Below, one piece after another: positions 8,580-17,232 of a stretch of DNA of 34,772 nt. This DNA comes from Candidatus Fermentibacterota bacterium (GTDB lineage Bacteria; JAFGKV01). The notes under the pieces are model-generated. The model saw only the letters and a program-made list of their open reading frames with translations, was not told the origin of the DNA and searched no databases. The stretch lies in contig JAFGKV010000245.1 of assembly GCA_016928395.1 (NCBI GenBank), positions 1 to 34,772 of the forward strand, read 5' to 3'. Position 1 is the stretch's first letter. Every line of letters starts with the position of its first letter. A program made the translations under genes and the position numbers.

Positions 8580-10165
8580 TGAATCAGCACGGCCGGGTCT
8601 TCGTAGGAAGCAGGCCTCGGTAGCCAGAGATCCAGGCCGTCGAAGGCTGCCTCGTGGCGGTAGCCGGTCATGAGAAACGCCTGGAACTCGGGGAAGATAT
8701 CAGGCGGGGCGCTGCCCACCAGCGACGAGACCACGATGGCACTGGGCGGTTCTTTTGTAAGCTCATGCAGGAATCTGGCCGAGTGATCCGCCGCCTGAGG
8801 ATTCATTGTGGGGACTCCCCAGGTAGTGGGTGGGGGGCTGAGGAACGCGTAGTACTTATAGTAGCGGGTCGGAGCGAGACGGCCGGTCAGGAAGTATAGG
8901 TCTTCCGCATGGCCCCATACGAGGATGGGCGTGTCTGGCTGCGTGCATTGTCGGATTACCTCCGCTAATCGTAGTGGCGCTATGGCGGGCATGTCGCGCC
9001 CCAGTAACGCAAACTTGGCCTGCCACCACGCCATGCGGGCGTCGTGGGCCACTCTGCCCAGTGAGGGCCACGCCAGGGTGGCGACCAGTAGGAAGGCCGC
9101 GGCAGTGTGCCGCGACGATGCCCGCCAGGAGGGCCGTAACTGGGAAGCCACCCATCCCACCGATAGGCACAGGGGTGGGATGAGCTGGACATAGTAGTGG
9201 GTGTAAAACCGCATCCCCGCAGCGACGCCCAAAGCGGCGCCCAGTATCCACGAGGCCAGGAGACTCAGCCGGTCATCGCGGGGCTCTCTCTGTACCCAGC
9301 TCCAAGGAAGCGTCGCGAGCACGGCCGTCCCCGCATAGTAGAGCAGCGGCATCTCCCGCACCACGCGCATGGTCTCCTGGCGGGCGATCCTCCACACCAC
9401 GCCAGCGGCGGCGCCCCCGCCTGCGGCATAGGCAGCCGCACCCCGGGGATCGATCATGCGAAGGAAGGTGGAGAGCTCGCCTTTGGCCAGGAAGAACGCC
9501 ACGATCGGGACAGCGGCCAGGGCGGCTCCCGCGGCCACTGCCACCATTTCTTTCATCCCGCGGCGCGTGTTTTTCTTCCAGATGACCGCCCACAGGATGA
9601 GGGGGAGGCATGAGAATGCCGCCTGCTGTTTGACGAGGGCCCCCGAGGCGACAAGGAAGCCCGCGCATCCCAGTCGCAGAAGGCCTCCCTTGGTCGCTGT
9701 CATCAACAGCAGGATGCCCCAGGTGATAGGCGTGGTCATCCAGAGCTCGTAGTTGGGGCATCGGCCCGAGAGTACTGGGGCAGTGGAGGCGATGACGAAG
9801 GCGATTCCCGCCCATCGTGATGGCCCAGAACCCCAGAGCCGGCGGACACCCCACAAGAGAACGATGAGGTGCACGGCTGACCACAGCAGGGCCGCGAGGT
9901 TCAGACCGAACGTTGACTCGCCCAGGAGCCGGGTCCACCCGGCAGCCAGGAAGAAAGCGCCCGGCAGCTTCTGCTCGAAGGAGTCGCGGTAAGGAACCAG
10001 GCCGCGGTTGATGAGCATGGCGTTGTAGGTGATGCCGCCCACATCGGGGTCTTCCGGCGGAAAGCTGATATAGCCTCCATGGATGGCCATGAGGCTGGCC
10101 ACAATCAGCGCATCGAATAGGAACGGCCGGGTTCGGCTCAGCATGGCTGCGGCACTGCGCCACAC
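8576..10165 (-). CDS. GT-C fold membrane glycosyltransferase (ArnT/PMT-like)
   Basis: DPDVG acidic first loop, PYRDSFEQKLPG, many TM helices, LVKQQ, FYTHYYVQLIPP and a C-terminal periplasmic domain (ILVWG...LYFLTGR...TRY). Alternative start ATG 10144. Confidence 0.85.
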   Translation of the reverse strand: MWRSAAAMLSRTRPFLFDALIVASLMAIHGGYISFPPEDPDVGGITYNAMLINRGLVPYRDSFEQKLPGAFFLAAGWTRLLGESTFGLNLAALLWSAVHLIVLLWGVRRLWGSGPSRWAGIAFVIASTAPVLSGRCPNYELWMTTPITWGILLLMTATKGGLLRLGCAGFLVASGALVKQQAAFSCLPLILWAVIWKKNTRRGMKEMVAVAAGAALAAVPIVAFFLAKGELSTFLRMIDPRGAAAYAAGGGAAAGVVWRIARQETMRVVREMPLLYYAGTAVLATLPWSWVQREPRDDRLSLLASWILGAALGVAAGMRFYTHYYVQLIPPLCLSVGWVASQLRPSWRASSRHTAAAFLLVATLAWPSLGRVAHDARMAWWQAKFALLGRDMPAIAPLRLAEVIRQCTQPDTPILVWGHAEDLYFLTGRLAPTRYYKYYAFLSPPPTTWGVPTMNPQAADHSARFLHELTKEPPSAIVVSSLVGSAPPDIFPEFQAFLMTGYRHEAAFDGLDLWLPRPASYEDPAVLIQ

Positions 10166-10225
10166 GCCCCCCCGTCGAAATGGCGGGACAGGGGGGCGTT
10201 CACGGGAGGCTGTCGTGTGTCTGGT

Positions 10226-12397
10226 CTACAGGTGGCGCTTCACCACCTCGACAACCTCGGGGTAGTCTATGCCCAGCATCTGCAAGGTTTCCAGTTTCGG
10301 AACGGCGTTTCTCGTCCAGCCACGGCGTTCGTACACGGCATCCATGAGCTTCTCGTACCTCCCCTCACGATACGTCCGAAGGGCAGTGATCTTGTCGGCG
10401 GTGCTCATACCCTCGGGCGCGATGCCGACTTCATCCCGAAGCTGCGTATCATACCGCTCAGCCCTTGACTCGTATTCCTCGACGGTCACCGGACCTGCCG
10501 CACGGTAGGGTTGGGCGTCGAATCTGCGCAGGCCCTTGCCGAGACGGATATTGAACACGCGCTGGAAATCGTAGGCACGCTTGGACTGAAGGATCACCTC
10601 CTCCTTAGTGATCGTCCTGCCGGTCATTGAATTGAACAGGCGAACATAGTTGTCCACATGTTCCGGCACTTTGGCCGCTTCCTTCGGAGGGTGCTTCTTC
10701 TTGTTGTCGATGGGCTCGATGTCGTTCCAGGGCAGTTTGCACAAGCCGTTGAGGCCGAACCAGGTTCGCCAGAGCGGGAAGTAATAGAGCGCCTCAGCCT
10801 TATCGTCGAACGACGGGATCTGCTTGTTCACCATGTCCATGAAAATGAGCCATGCCTCATCGTGCTGAGGCCCCTTGTTTGTAAGGGCAAAGCCTCCCTG
10901 CTGCGCCAGAGACTCCTTGGATACATACTGGGAGTACTCCAAACCCTTGTTCTCCATGCCGATGTCATCGAGGAACGCAGCGTCGGCGCCATAGTGCTCG
11001 ACGAAGTATTCCTTCATCTTATGCACGCCCATGCCCGCGATTCTGCCAAAGCCCTCGCCTCGGGACACCTGATGGAGGAGCTCTAGCGCGGCATCCGCGT
11101 TGCCGAACGCAAGCTTCAACCCTCCTGTCTGCTCCGTGGTGATGATGCCGCGTTCATAGCATTCCATGACAAAGGCGGTCAATGTGCCCCACGAGATCGT
11201 ATCGATACCGTAGGTGTCGCAGTAGAAGTTGAGTTCCAGTATGGCCCGGGGATCGAAAATGCCGCAGTTGGACCCCACACCCGCGGCAGTCTCATACTCC
11301 GGCCCGTCGACCCGCACCCTCTCGCCCTTGTACGGGCCCGTCGAAAGCTCGAACTCCTCAACGGTCTTGGCGCATGCCAAGGTGCAGCCATACCAGCACC
11401 CGTCGGGGATGCCTTGATGGAACCACTTTACCCACACATCGGAGGAGATCTTCTTCGCGTCGGGATGGTTGCCGTACTGGAAGTTGTTCACCGGAAGCAG
11501 ATCAAACGCGTTCATAACCTCGACGAGATGCGGCGTGCCCCGCATGCGCATGCGCTCCATGCTCGCATCGTTCTGGAAGATCTCCCGGTGCAGTGTGCGG
11601 CCTGTGTTCTGTATTTGCTCAAGATCGACCGGGTGGTTATCGTCGCCATGGACCTGGGGTGAGCGCACCACCAGTGCTTTGATGCGTTTGTTGCGCAGCA
11701 CGGTTCCGGTGCCCCCGCGACCGGCCTGCTTAATGCGGACGCCCTTTCGGCGTACGTCCCACAACGAGAAGTTCAGGCAGCCCACCAAGGCGTGATCCGC
11801 GCCGCTGCCGGCGCTGACCACCGAGACATTGCGTAGGTCCTTCTCGTCAGCCGCATACATGTGAGTCAGCACATCGGCTAGGCGATGGGTATCCGCCGGT
11901 TCCAGAGGCGCGCTCTCCAGGGTGACCAGCCCCGTCTGCCCGTCGATGACGATGATGACATCCTGGTCGGCCTTGCCCTGCAACTCGATGCCGTCAAATC
12001 CGGAGAACTTCAAGTATGGACCGAAGTAACCGCCCACATTTGAGTCGATGACCTGATCGGTGGTCGGAGAGATGGAAACAACCAGGGACTTGCCGGAACC
12101 GGGGTACTGGGTGATGCCACTCAGAGGCCCCGGGCTGATGACAACCTCGTTTTCCTCGGAGTCCCATCGCGTCGAGTCCTTGACCGCATGCCACAGCAGC
12201 CAGAGGCCGAATCCCCGGCCGCCGGTGAACTTGGCCTTCATGTCGTCCGTGACGGGCCTTTCTTCTATCGTGCGGGTTCCCACATTGACATAGAGGGTCT
12301 TGCCCGTGTAGCCCTTGTCTACCGGGGAGCGTTCGTAATGATGGGTTGCCAGAAGCCGGTGAGCGGCCTTCATCTCGGCAATCGTCTTTGTGCTCAT
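10226..12397 (-). CDS. aor: Tungsten/molybdenum aldehyde:ferredoxin oxidoreductase family protein
   Basis: GGRGFG, DSNVGGYFGPYLKFSGFD, QAGRGGTGTVL, CWYGCTLAC, GPEYET and CDTYGIDTIS motifs. Start MSTKTI follows a GGAGG SD. Confidence 0.92.
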   Translation of the reverse strand: MSTKTIAEMKAAHRLLATHHYERSPVDKGYTGKTLYVNVGTRTIEERPVTDDMKAKFTGGRGFGLWLLWHAVKDSTRWDSEENEVVISPGPLSGITQYPGSGKSLVVSISPTTDQVIDSNVGGYFGPYLKFSGFDGIELQGKADQDVIIVIDGQTGLVTLESAPLEPADTHRLADVLTHMYAADEKDLRNVSVVSAGSGADHALVGCLNFSLWDVRRKGVRIKQAGRGGTGTVLRNKRIKALVVRSPQVHGDDNHPVDLEQIQNTGRTLHREIFQNDASMERMRMRGTPHLVEVMNAFDLLPVNNFQYGNHPDAKKISSDVWVKWFHQGIPDGCWYGCTLACAKTVEEFELSTGPYKGERVRVDGPEYETAAGVGSNCGIFDPRAILELNFYCDTYGIDTISWGTLTAFVMECYERGIITTEQTGGLKLAFGNADAALELLHQVSRGEGFGRIAGMGVHKMKEYFVEHYGADAAFLDDIGMENKGLEYSQYVSKESLAQQGGFALTNKGPQHDEAWLIFMDMVNKQIPSFDDKAEALYYFPLWRTWFGLNGLCKLPWNDIEPIDNKKKHPPKEAAKVPEHVDNYVRLFNSMTGRTITKEEVILQSKRAYDFQRVFNIRLGKGLRRFDAQPYRAAGPVTVEEYESRAERYDTQLRDEVGIAPEGMSTADKITALRTYREGRYEKLMDAVYERRGWTRNAVPKLETLQMLGIDYPEVVEVVKRHL

Positions 12398-12434
12398 GCT
12401 CTTCCTCCGAATCCTCGGCCAGGATGTCTTTGTC

Positions 12435-12893
12435 TTAGAAGTAGTTCTTGGCGAAGGTGTCGCCTGTTTCGCCGGCTTGGTTCTGTTCGAGATATGACAA
12501 CTCGAACTCACCGTCGACCAACTCTAATGCACCGGCCGGGCAGGCCTCGACACAGGCTCCGCATGCGATACACTTGAACGGCGCCAGGCGGGACGCGTGG
12601 GTGCGCATGGAACCCGTGGGGCAGTACTCAACGCATGCATAGCAGCCCACGCATAGGTTCTTGTTAATGACAACCGTTCCCGCCTTCGTGCGCGAAATGG
12701 CGGTCACTGGACAGATATCGATACAGACGCCGCACTGATTGCAGACATTGATGTCAACGGTTCCGTCATCAGCGTGCGTGACCAGAATGGACGACAGGGA
12801 GATATCGTCCGATTTCTGTGTCTTCTGAGCGCATGCACGCATGCACTCCTGGACGAACCTACACTTCTCGGGATGAGGCTTCACATACTTCAT
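12435..12893 (-). CDS. 4Fe-4S polyferredoxin, electron-transfer partner of AOR
   Basis: Three CxxCxxCxxxCP motifs plus a degenerate N-terminal CxxVxxCxxxC; GGAGG SD 7 nt before ATG 12893; directly upstream of aor. Confidence 0.9.
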   Translation of the reverse strand: MKYVKPHPEKCRFVQECMRACAQKTQKSDDISLSSILVTHADDGTVDINVCNQCGVCIDICPVTAISRTKAGTVVINKNLCVGCYACVEYCPTGSMRTHASRLAPFKCIACGACVEACPAGALELVDGEFELSYLEQNQAGETGDTFAKNYF

Positions 12894-12979
12894 CGTCATG
12901 CCTCCAAGTGCGATGTGGTGGTAGTCAGGCACCGGCAGTCGAGGGTCAGCGCCGTGGCGCGGGCTTGCCGGGCAGTCTC

Positions 12980-13921
12980 TTACAATTCTGACCGATTCTC
13001 CATTGTGCGTCGCGCTCCATCCACCAGCCCGCGACTAAACGCACGTTTCATCCTGTAGATTCGGTGCGCGGCCAAAAGCACCCGCGGATCATACCGAATC
13101 CACAGCCCAAGCACAAGCAAGGTGAACGCGAAGGCATATGGCACACCCAGCATCCTGCAGATGCGCGGATTCCTCGGCACCAAGGTGCCGAGGAAAGCGT
13201 GCTCTCCCTGCCGCACGTCGTGAGTGTGGGCGCCCCACCGCCGGTGATGGTCCAACGCTGACGAGAGATCATCGCGATCCTTGTGTTCCACCACCGCGTC
13301 TGAGGCGAAGCGAAGCTCGATGCCGCAGCGCCTTGCTTCTTGGCAAAAGGCAACGTCTTCCCCCGTCGCAAGATCCTCGCGGAACAGCCCGGTCTTCTCG
13401 AACACCCACGCTTTGACGCTCATGTTGCACGTCGGGAGGTGCAGAAATCTCACGCGTCCGTCAGGGCGCCCCGGCGGAGAGGTGAACCATGAGGCATAGC
13501 CATCCGCGGCTCCGATCCGTGTGGTATGGATGCTGCGCACCGGACCGCCCACGATCCCTGCCATGGGATGGGCAGTGTGGGCCGTTGCATGGGCGGCAAG
13601 GGTCGTGGGATGGATCAGGCAGTCTACATCGTGGAATACCACCAGGGAATGGCCCGAAGCCAAGGCAGCCCTGAGTGCGGCATTACGGGCACCCGGAGGG
13701 CCCCGCCGCGTCGACAGACGGATACTGTGTCCTCGCCGCGTACGAGCACACCACAGCGTCATGATTCGGGGAGTGGAGTCGGTGGATTGGTCATCGGCCA
13801 GGAAGGCCTCCCAGTTCTGGTAGGTTGATTCCTCCAGCGACCGCAGCAGACCGGGCAACAGCTCGGCGGCATTTCGAGCAGGGACCACCACCGCCAGTTT
13901 GGGTTCACCGGAGTCGTTCAT
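12980..13921 (-). CDS. Family 2 glycosyltransferase with a C-terminal membrane segment
   Basis: VVVPARN, DDQSTD, GPPGARN, HDVD (DxD), CNMSV and GED motifs; ATGA overlap with the radical SAM gene. Confidence 0.9.
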   Translation of the reverse strand: MNDSGEPKLAVVVPARNAAELLPGLLRSLEESTYQNWEAFLADDQSTDSTPRIMTLWCARTRRGHSIRLSTRRGPPGARNAALRAALASGHSLVVFHDVDCLIHPTTLAAHATAHTAHPMAGIVGGPVRSIHTTRIGAADGYASWFTSPPGRPDGRVRFLHLPTCNMSVKAWVFEKTGLFREDLATGEDVAFCQEARRCGIELRFASDAVVEHKDRDDLSSALDHHRRWGAHTHDVRQGEHAFLGTLVPRNPRICRMLGVPYAFAFTLLVLGLWIRYDPRVLLAAHRIYRMKRAFSRGLVDGARRTMENRSEL

Positions 13922-14940
13922 GAGAGGCCCATCGCGGCGAAGGCTATCCGGGCTAAGGATGGCGGGTGGAACAGGATGCTGGCAAGCAACGCGCAGTTGT
14001 GTGTACACCAGCAGCCTCCCTGGGCGATGAAGCTGCATTGCCGGCTCCATTGGGGGCTGCGAATCAGGGCGTCGAGGGCCGTGTCGTCGAGGCTGCCGAC
14101 GGGGGGAAGCAGCTCACAGGGCCCTGCCGTGCGATTTGGCCACACCACCAGGTAGTTCCGCCCCGCCAAGCACGGGACGACTTGGCGCTTCTGCTGCAGA
14201 GTGCGAACGGATAGTGCCCAGGCGAGGCGATGGTACTCCCACAGCAGCCGGGCACCCAGTGCGCCGTGGGCATAGCGGTACCCACGCAATTCCGCCAGCA
14301 ATCCCGGCCCTGCGTCGCGCAGACTCTCAGGCGGGGGTGGGCGGAGGGATGAATCGCGCGGGTCTCCCCTCAAGAGCATCAGTGAATGACCATCGGCACC
14401 GCGGGAGCGGACCCATGCGGCGAACTCCTTGAGGGATGGTAGGTTCTCCCCCGTGATCACGGTGTTCACCTTCAGTGCCACCCCGTCGATCCCGCGCACT
14501 TCCTCGAAGGTCGACCAGGCACGCTGCCAGGTGCCACGTCCCCGGATCGCGTCATGCATCGGCTCCGGCCCATCCACGGACAGGCTGATGACAAGCCTTC
14601 CCCGGGTGCGGGACGCGATTTCCTTCACCATGGGCACGATGGTCTTCCGATCATAGCCGTTGGTCGGTATTCCCAGAATCGCCGTGTCGAACAAGCTGCA
14701 TATCTGGGGTAAGTCGTGACGGAGGAATGGTTCACCCCCGCCGATATCCAGCCACATGAGTCGGGGAAGCTGCCGGGCGAGATTCTCGTAGAAGCTCAGC
14801 GCTGGTTCCTCCGATCCCGGTTGAACGAAGCAGGTACGGCATGCGAGGTTGCACCGCTGGGTCACGTACAGTGTTACTGAACTCAGAGTATCCTTGATGA
14901 GGTGTTTGAGGTAGAAGGCGGGGAGATTCGGCATGCTCAT
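13918..14940 (-). CDS. Radical SAM enzyme with SPASM/twitch-like C-terminal domain
   Basis: CNLACRTC (CxxxCxxC), GGGEPFLR, PTNG and SVDG...HDAIRG; C-terminal CLAG...PCELL...CWCTHNC. Confidence 0.92.
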   Translation of the reverse strand: MSMPNLPAFYLKHLIKDTLSSVTLYVTQRCNLACRTCFVQPGSEEPALSFYENLARQLPRLMWLDIGGGEPFLRHDLPQICSLFDTAILGIPTNGYDRKTIVPMVKEIASRTRGRLVISLSVDGPEPMHDAIRGRGTWQRAWSTFEEVRGIDGVALKVNTVITGENLPSLKEFAAWVRSRGADGHSLMLLRGDPRDSSLRPPPPESLRDAGPGLLAELRGYRYAHGALGARLLWEYHRLAWALSVRTLQQKRQVVPCLAGRNYLVVWPNRTAGPCELLPPVGSLDDTALDALIRSPQWSRQCSFIAQGGCWCTHNCALLASILFHPPSLARIAFAAMGLS

Positions 14941-14995
14941 GGGTTGCGTGCTCTAGGCGCGGCTAGTGCATGACCGCGTCTGCATTGGGATTGGA

Positions 14996-15024
14996 TTGAC
15001 GGAACGAGGGTCGCCTGCTAACTT
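14996..15024 (+). promoter_or_regulatory. Sigma70-type promoter for the Fpg/Nei gene
   Basis: TTGACG-17 nt-TAACTT with a TG extended -10; GGAGGA SD at 15051-15056. Confidence 0.6.
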
Positions 15025-15065
15025 GAGGTCTTAGGTGTCCTATGGCAACTGGAGGAGAAGCACTT

Positions 15066-15914
15066 ATGCCGGAAATGCCAGAACTGGAGATTCTTCGCGA
15101 GGGGCTTGCGCCTCGGGTTCTCGATAGACCCATCGTTCGCATCATCGTCCGCCAACCCTCCTCCGTCAAGACGTTTCACCCGCCCATTGATTCGGTGATC
15201 GGTCAGCGCTTCACCGGGCTTTTCCGGAGAGGCAAGTTCGTCATCTTCTCGCTGGAATCGGGCGATAGTCTTGTGGTGCATTTGATGCGCAGCGGATGGT
15301 TGACGGCTCGCGGCACCGGGGAGGAGCCCTTGGCGCTGGACGCGGTGAGTTTCCTGTTTCGCGACGGATCGTCTTTGGTGGTTGTAGAGCGTGGGTCCAA
15401 ACGCAAGGCCTGCGTCTATCTCGTTCGAGAACTATCGTCAGTGCCGTTCTTCAGCGGCGTCGGAGTCGAACCCTTCTCTCAGGATTTCACGGCGGAGCGA
15501 CTCTTCGAGTGCCTGCAGACTGAACGGATGCAATTGAAGAGTTTCCTCATTGACCAGCGCTTTGTGGCGGGCCTCGGGAATGCATACACCGATGAGATCC
15601 TTTTCGACTGCGGGCTCTCGCCCTTCAAGATCACCACCACCGTCACTTTCGAGGAGACACAGAACCTCAGAATCTCCATCCATCGGGTTCTCGATCGCGG
15701 GATCCAAAGGCTTCGGCGTCTCGTGGGCGACGGTCTTCTGGAGAGCGAGGACCACGGTTTCATGACCATGCACGGAAGACCGGGGGAGACCTGCCCCCGA
15801 TGCGGCGCTACCATTGCCGAGATTCGCTACAGCGACCGCAGCACGCACTACTGCCCGGAGTGCCAATCGGGCGGCAAGGTGTATGCCGACCGGCGGGCTG
15901 GTGTCTATCGGTAG
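15066..15914 (+). CDS. Fpg/Nei family DNA glycosylase/AP lyase
   Basis: N-terminal PEMPE catalytic motif, RRGKF, H2TH motif (LIDQRFVAGLGNAYTDEILF) and zinc finger CPRC...CPECQ with a GGKVYADRR tail. Confidence 0.92.
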   Translation: MPEMPELEILREGLAPRVLDRPIVRIIVRQPSSVKTFHPPIDSVIGQRFTGLFRRGKFVIFSLESGDSLVVHLMRSGWLTARGTGEEPLALDAVSFLFRDGSSLVVVERGSKRKACVYLVRELSSVPFFSGVGVEPFSQDFTAERLFECLQTERMQLKSFLIDQRFVAGLGNAYTDEILFDCGLSPFKITTTVTFEETQNLRISIHRVLDRGIQRLRRLVGDGLLESEDHGFMTMHGRPGETCPRCGATIAEIRYSDRSTHYCPECQSGGKVYADRRAGVYR

Positions 15915-16248
15915 CCACCGCCCCAGAGTCTGGCTCTCGTTCCTCGTACTGCCCGGTGAATTCCGCACCCAGCACCACAGCGCCCAATGCACTGAGCCAA
16001 TACACTCGCGGGCCATGGAGATTGGTTTCGGGTATTTCCATTGGCTACTGCAGCGAATGAGTACCACGCGACAGGCGCCGACGAGAGATCTTTGACCCTC
16101 CGACACGGTCCAGGACACGGCGCGCCGCGTTCCTTTTGATTCGAAACCAGTCAGGGACGTGTGTTGCAGGCCAGTCGCTGACCGTTTCTCACGACGAACC
16201 GGGGCCGTGTCGTCGGCGTGGTCACGGCCCGAGTGCCGTGCAATCCGC

Positions 16249-16276
16249 TTGACAGGGATGGGAGCCTCTCTACCCT
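16249..16276 (+). promoter_or_regulatory. Sigma70-type promoter for the fumarase genes
   Basis: TTGACA-16 nt-TACCCT about 70 nt upstream of the start; AGGAGG SD at 16333-16338. Confidence 0.5.
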
Positions 16277-16344
16277 GTGATGGGTATAGCTCATCGTTCC
16301 CTGCCCCAGTGCAGAATGGAGACACCCCAGCCAGGAGGGCCCTG

Positions 16345-17232
16345 ATGCCACAACCCCTGCAGATCGATCTCGTGGAGCACGGCGTGGAGCTCATACGCCG
16401 GGCATCCACCGTACTGCCGCCCGACATCAAAGCGGCGCTGGAGAAGGCCCGAGACGCCGAGGCTGTCGGCAGCGCATCGCAGCAGGCCTTGTCGACGATC
16501 CTCGAGAACGTCGCGATGGCCAAGGCCGACTCATCACCTGTGTGCCAGGACACTGGCACGCTTATCTTCTATATCGACCATCCCTTCGGCTATTCCACCG
16601 CACAGATGAGAGAGCAGCTCGATACCGCCACGGTCAAAGCCACGGAGAAATCCTATCTCAGACCCAATGCAGTGCACTCGGTCACGGGCAAGAACTCCGG
16701 TAACAATCTGGGCGGGGGCTCTCCCCAGTACCACTTCCATGAATGGGATAAGGACGAGATCCGCATCCGTCTGCTCCTCAAGGGTGGCGGCAGCGAGAAC
16801 GTCTGCACCCAGTACTCGCTTCCCGATAACCGGATCAAGGCCGGGAGGACCTTGGAGGGCGTCCGAAAGGCGGTCTTGGACGCTGTCTTCACGGCCCAGG
16901 GTCAGGGATGCTCGCCGGGCGTCATCGGCGTGTGTATCGGCGGTGACCGAGGCGCCAGTTATGCCGCAGCCAAGGAACAGCTCTTCCGGCATCTTGATGA
17001 CACCAATCCCGATCCCGCTCTTGCCGAGCTGGAGCACCAGCTACTGGCCCAGCTCAATGGGCTGGGGATCGGTCCCATGGGCTTCGGCGGGAAGACCACG
17101 GTGTTGGGTGTGAAGATCACCACCCTGCACCGTTTGCCCGCGTGCTTCTTCGTCTCGGTCGGCTACATGTGCTGGGCCGCCCGACGCGCCTTCATGACCA
17201 TCGCCAATGGGGAGGTACGGTACGATGCGTAA
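16345..17232 (+). CDS. Class I Fe-S fumarate (tartrate-family) hydratase, alpha subunit
   Basis: PVCQDTG, LRPN, KGGGSEN, GCSPG, LGIGPMGFGG and MCWA motifs. Confidence 0.92.
   Translation: MPQPLQIDLVEHGVELIRRASTVLPPDIKAALEKARDAEAVGSASQQALSTILENVAMAKADSSPVCQDTGTLIFYIDHPFGYSTAQMREQLDTATVKATEKSYLRPNAVHSVTGKNSGNNLGGGSPQYHFHEWDKDEIRIRLLLKGGGSENVCTQYSLPDNRIKAGRTLEGVRKAVLDAVFTAQGQGCSPGVIGVCIGGDRGASYAAAKEQLFRHLDDTNPDPALAELEHQLLAQLNGLGIGPMGFGGKTTVLGVKITTLHRLPACFFVSVGYMCWAARRAFMTIANGEVRYDA

Noticed and set aside
12398-12511. Longer AOR start at 12511 overlapping the ferredoxin
   Set aside because: Low-complexity extension; a good GGAGG SD precedes ATG 12397.
12980-14940. Radical SAM + GT2 as a mycofactocin-like RiPP or hopanoid (Hpn) cluster
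   Set aside because: No precursor peptide, RRE/PqqD-like chaperone, creatininase-like peptidase or squalene-hopene cyclase is visible in the window.
16275-16295. CRP/Rex-like operator downstream of the fumarase -10
   Set aside because: Only a TGTGA half-site and an imperfect GATGGG/CTCATC repeat; too weak to call.
15438-16559. 373-aa minus-strand ORF and other long antisense ORFs across the window
   Set aside because: They overlap well-supported genes on the opposite strand or in another frame and lack family motifs (shadow ORFs).
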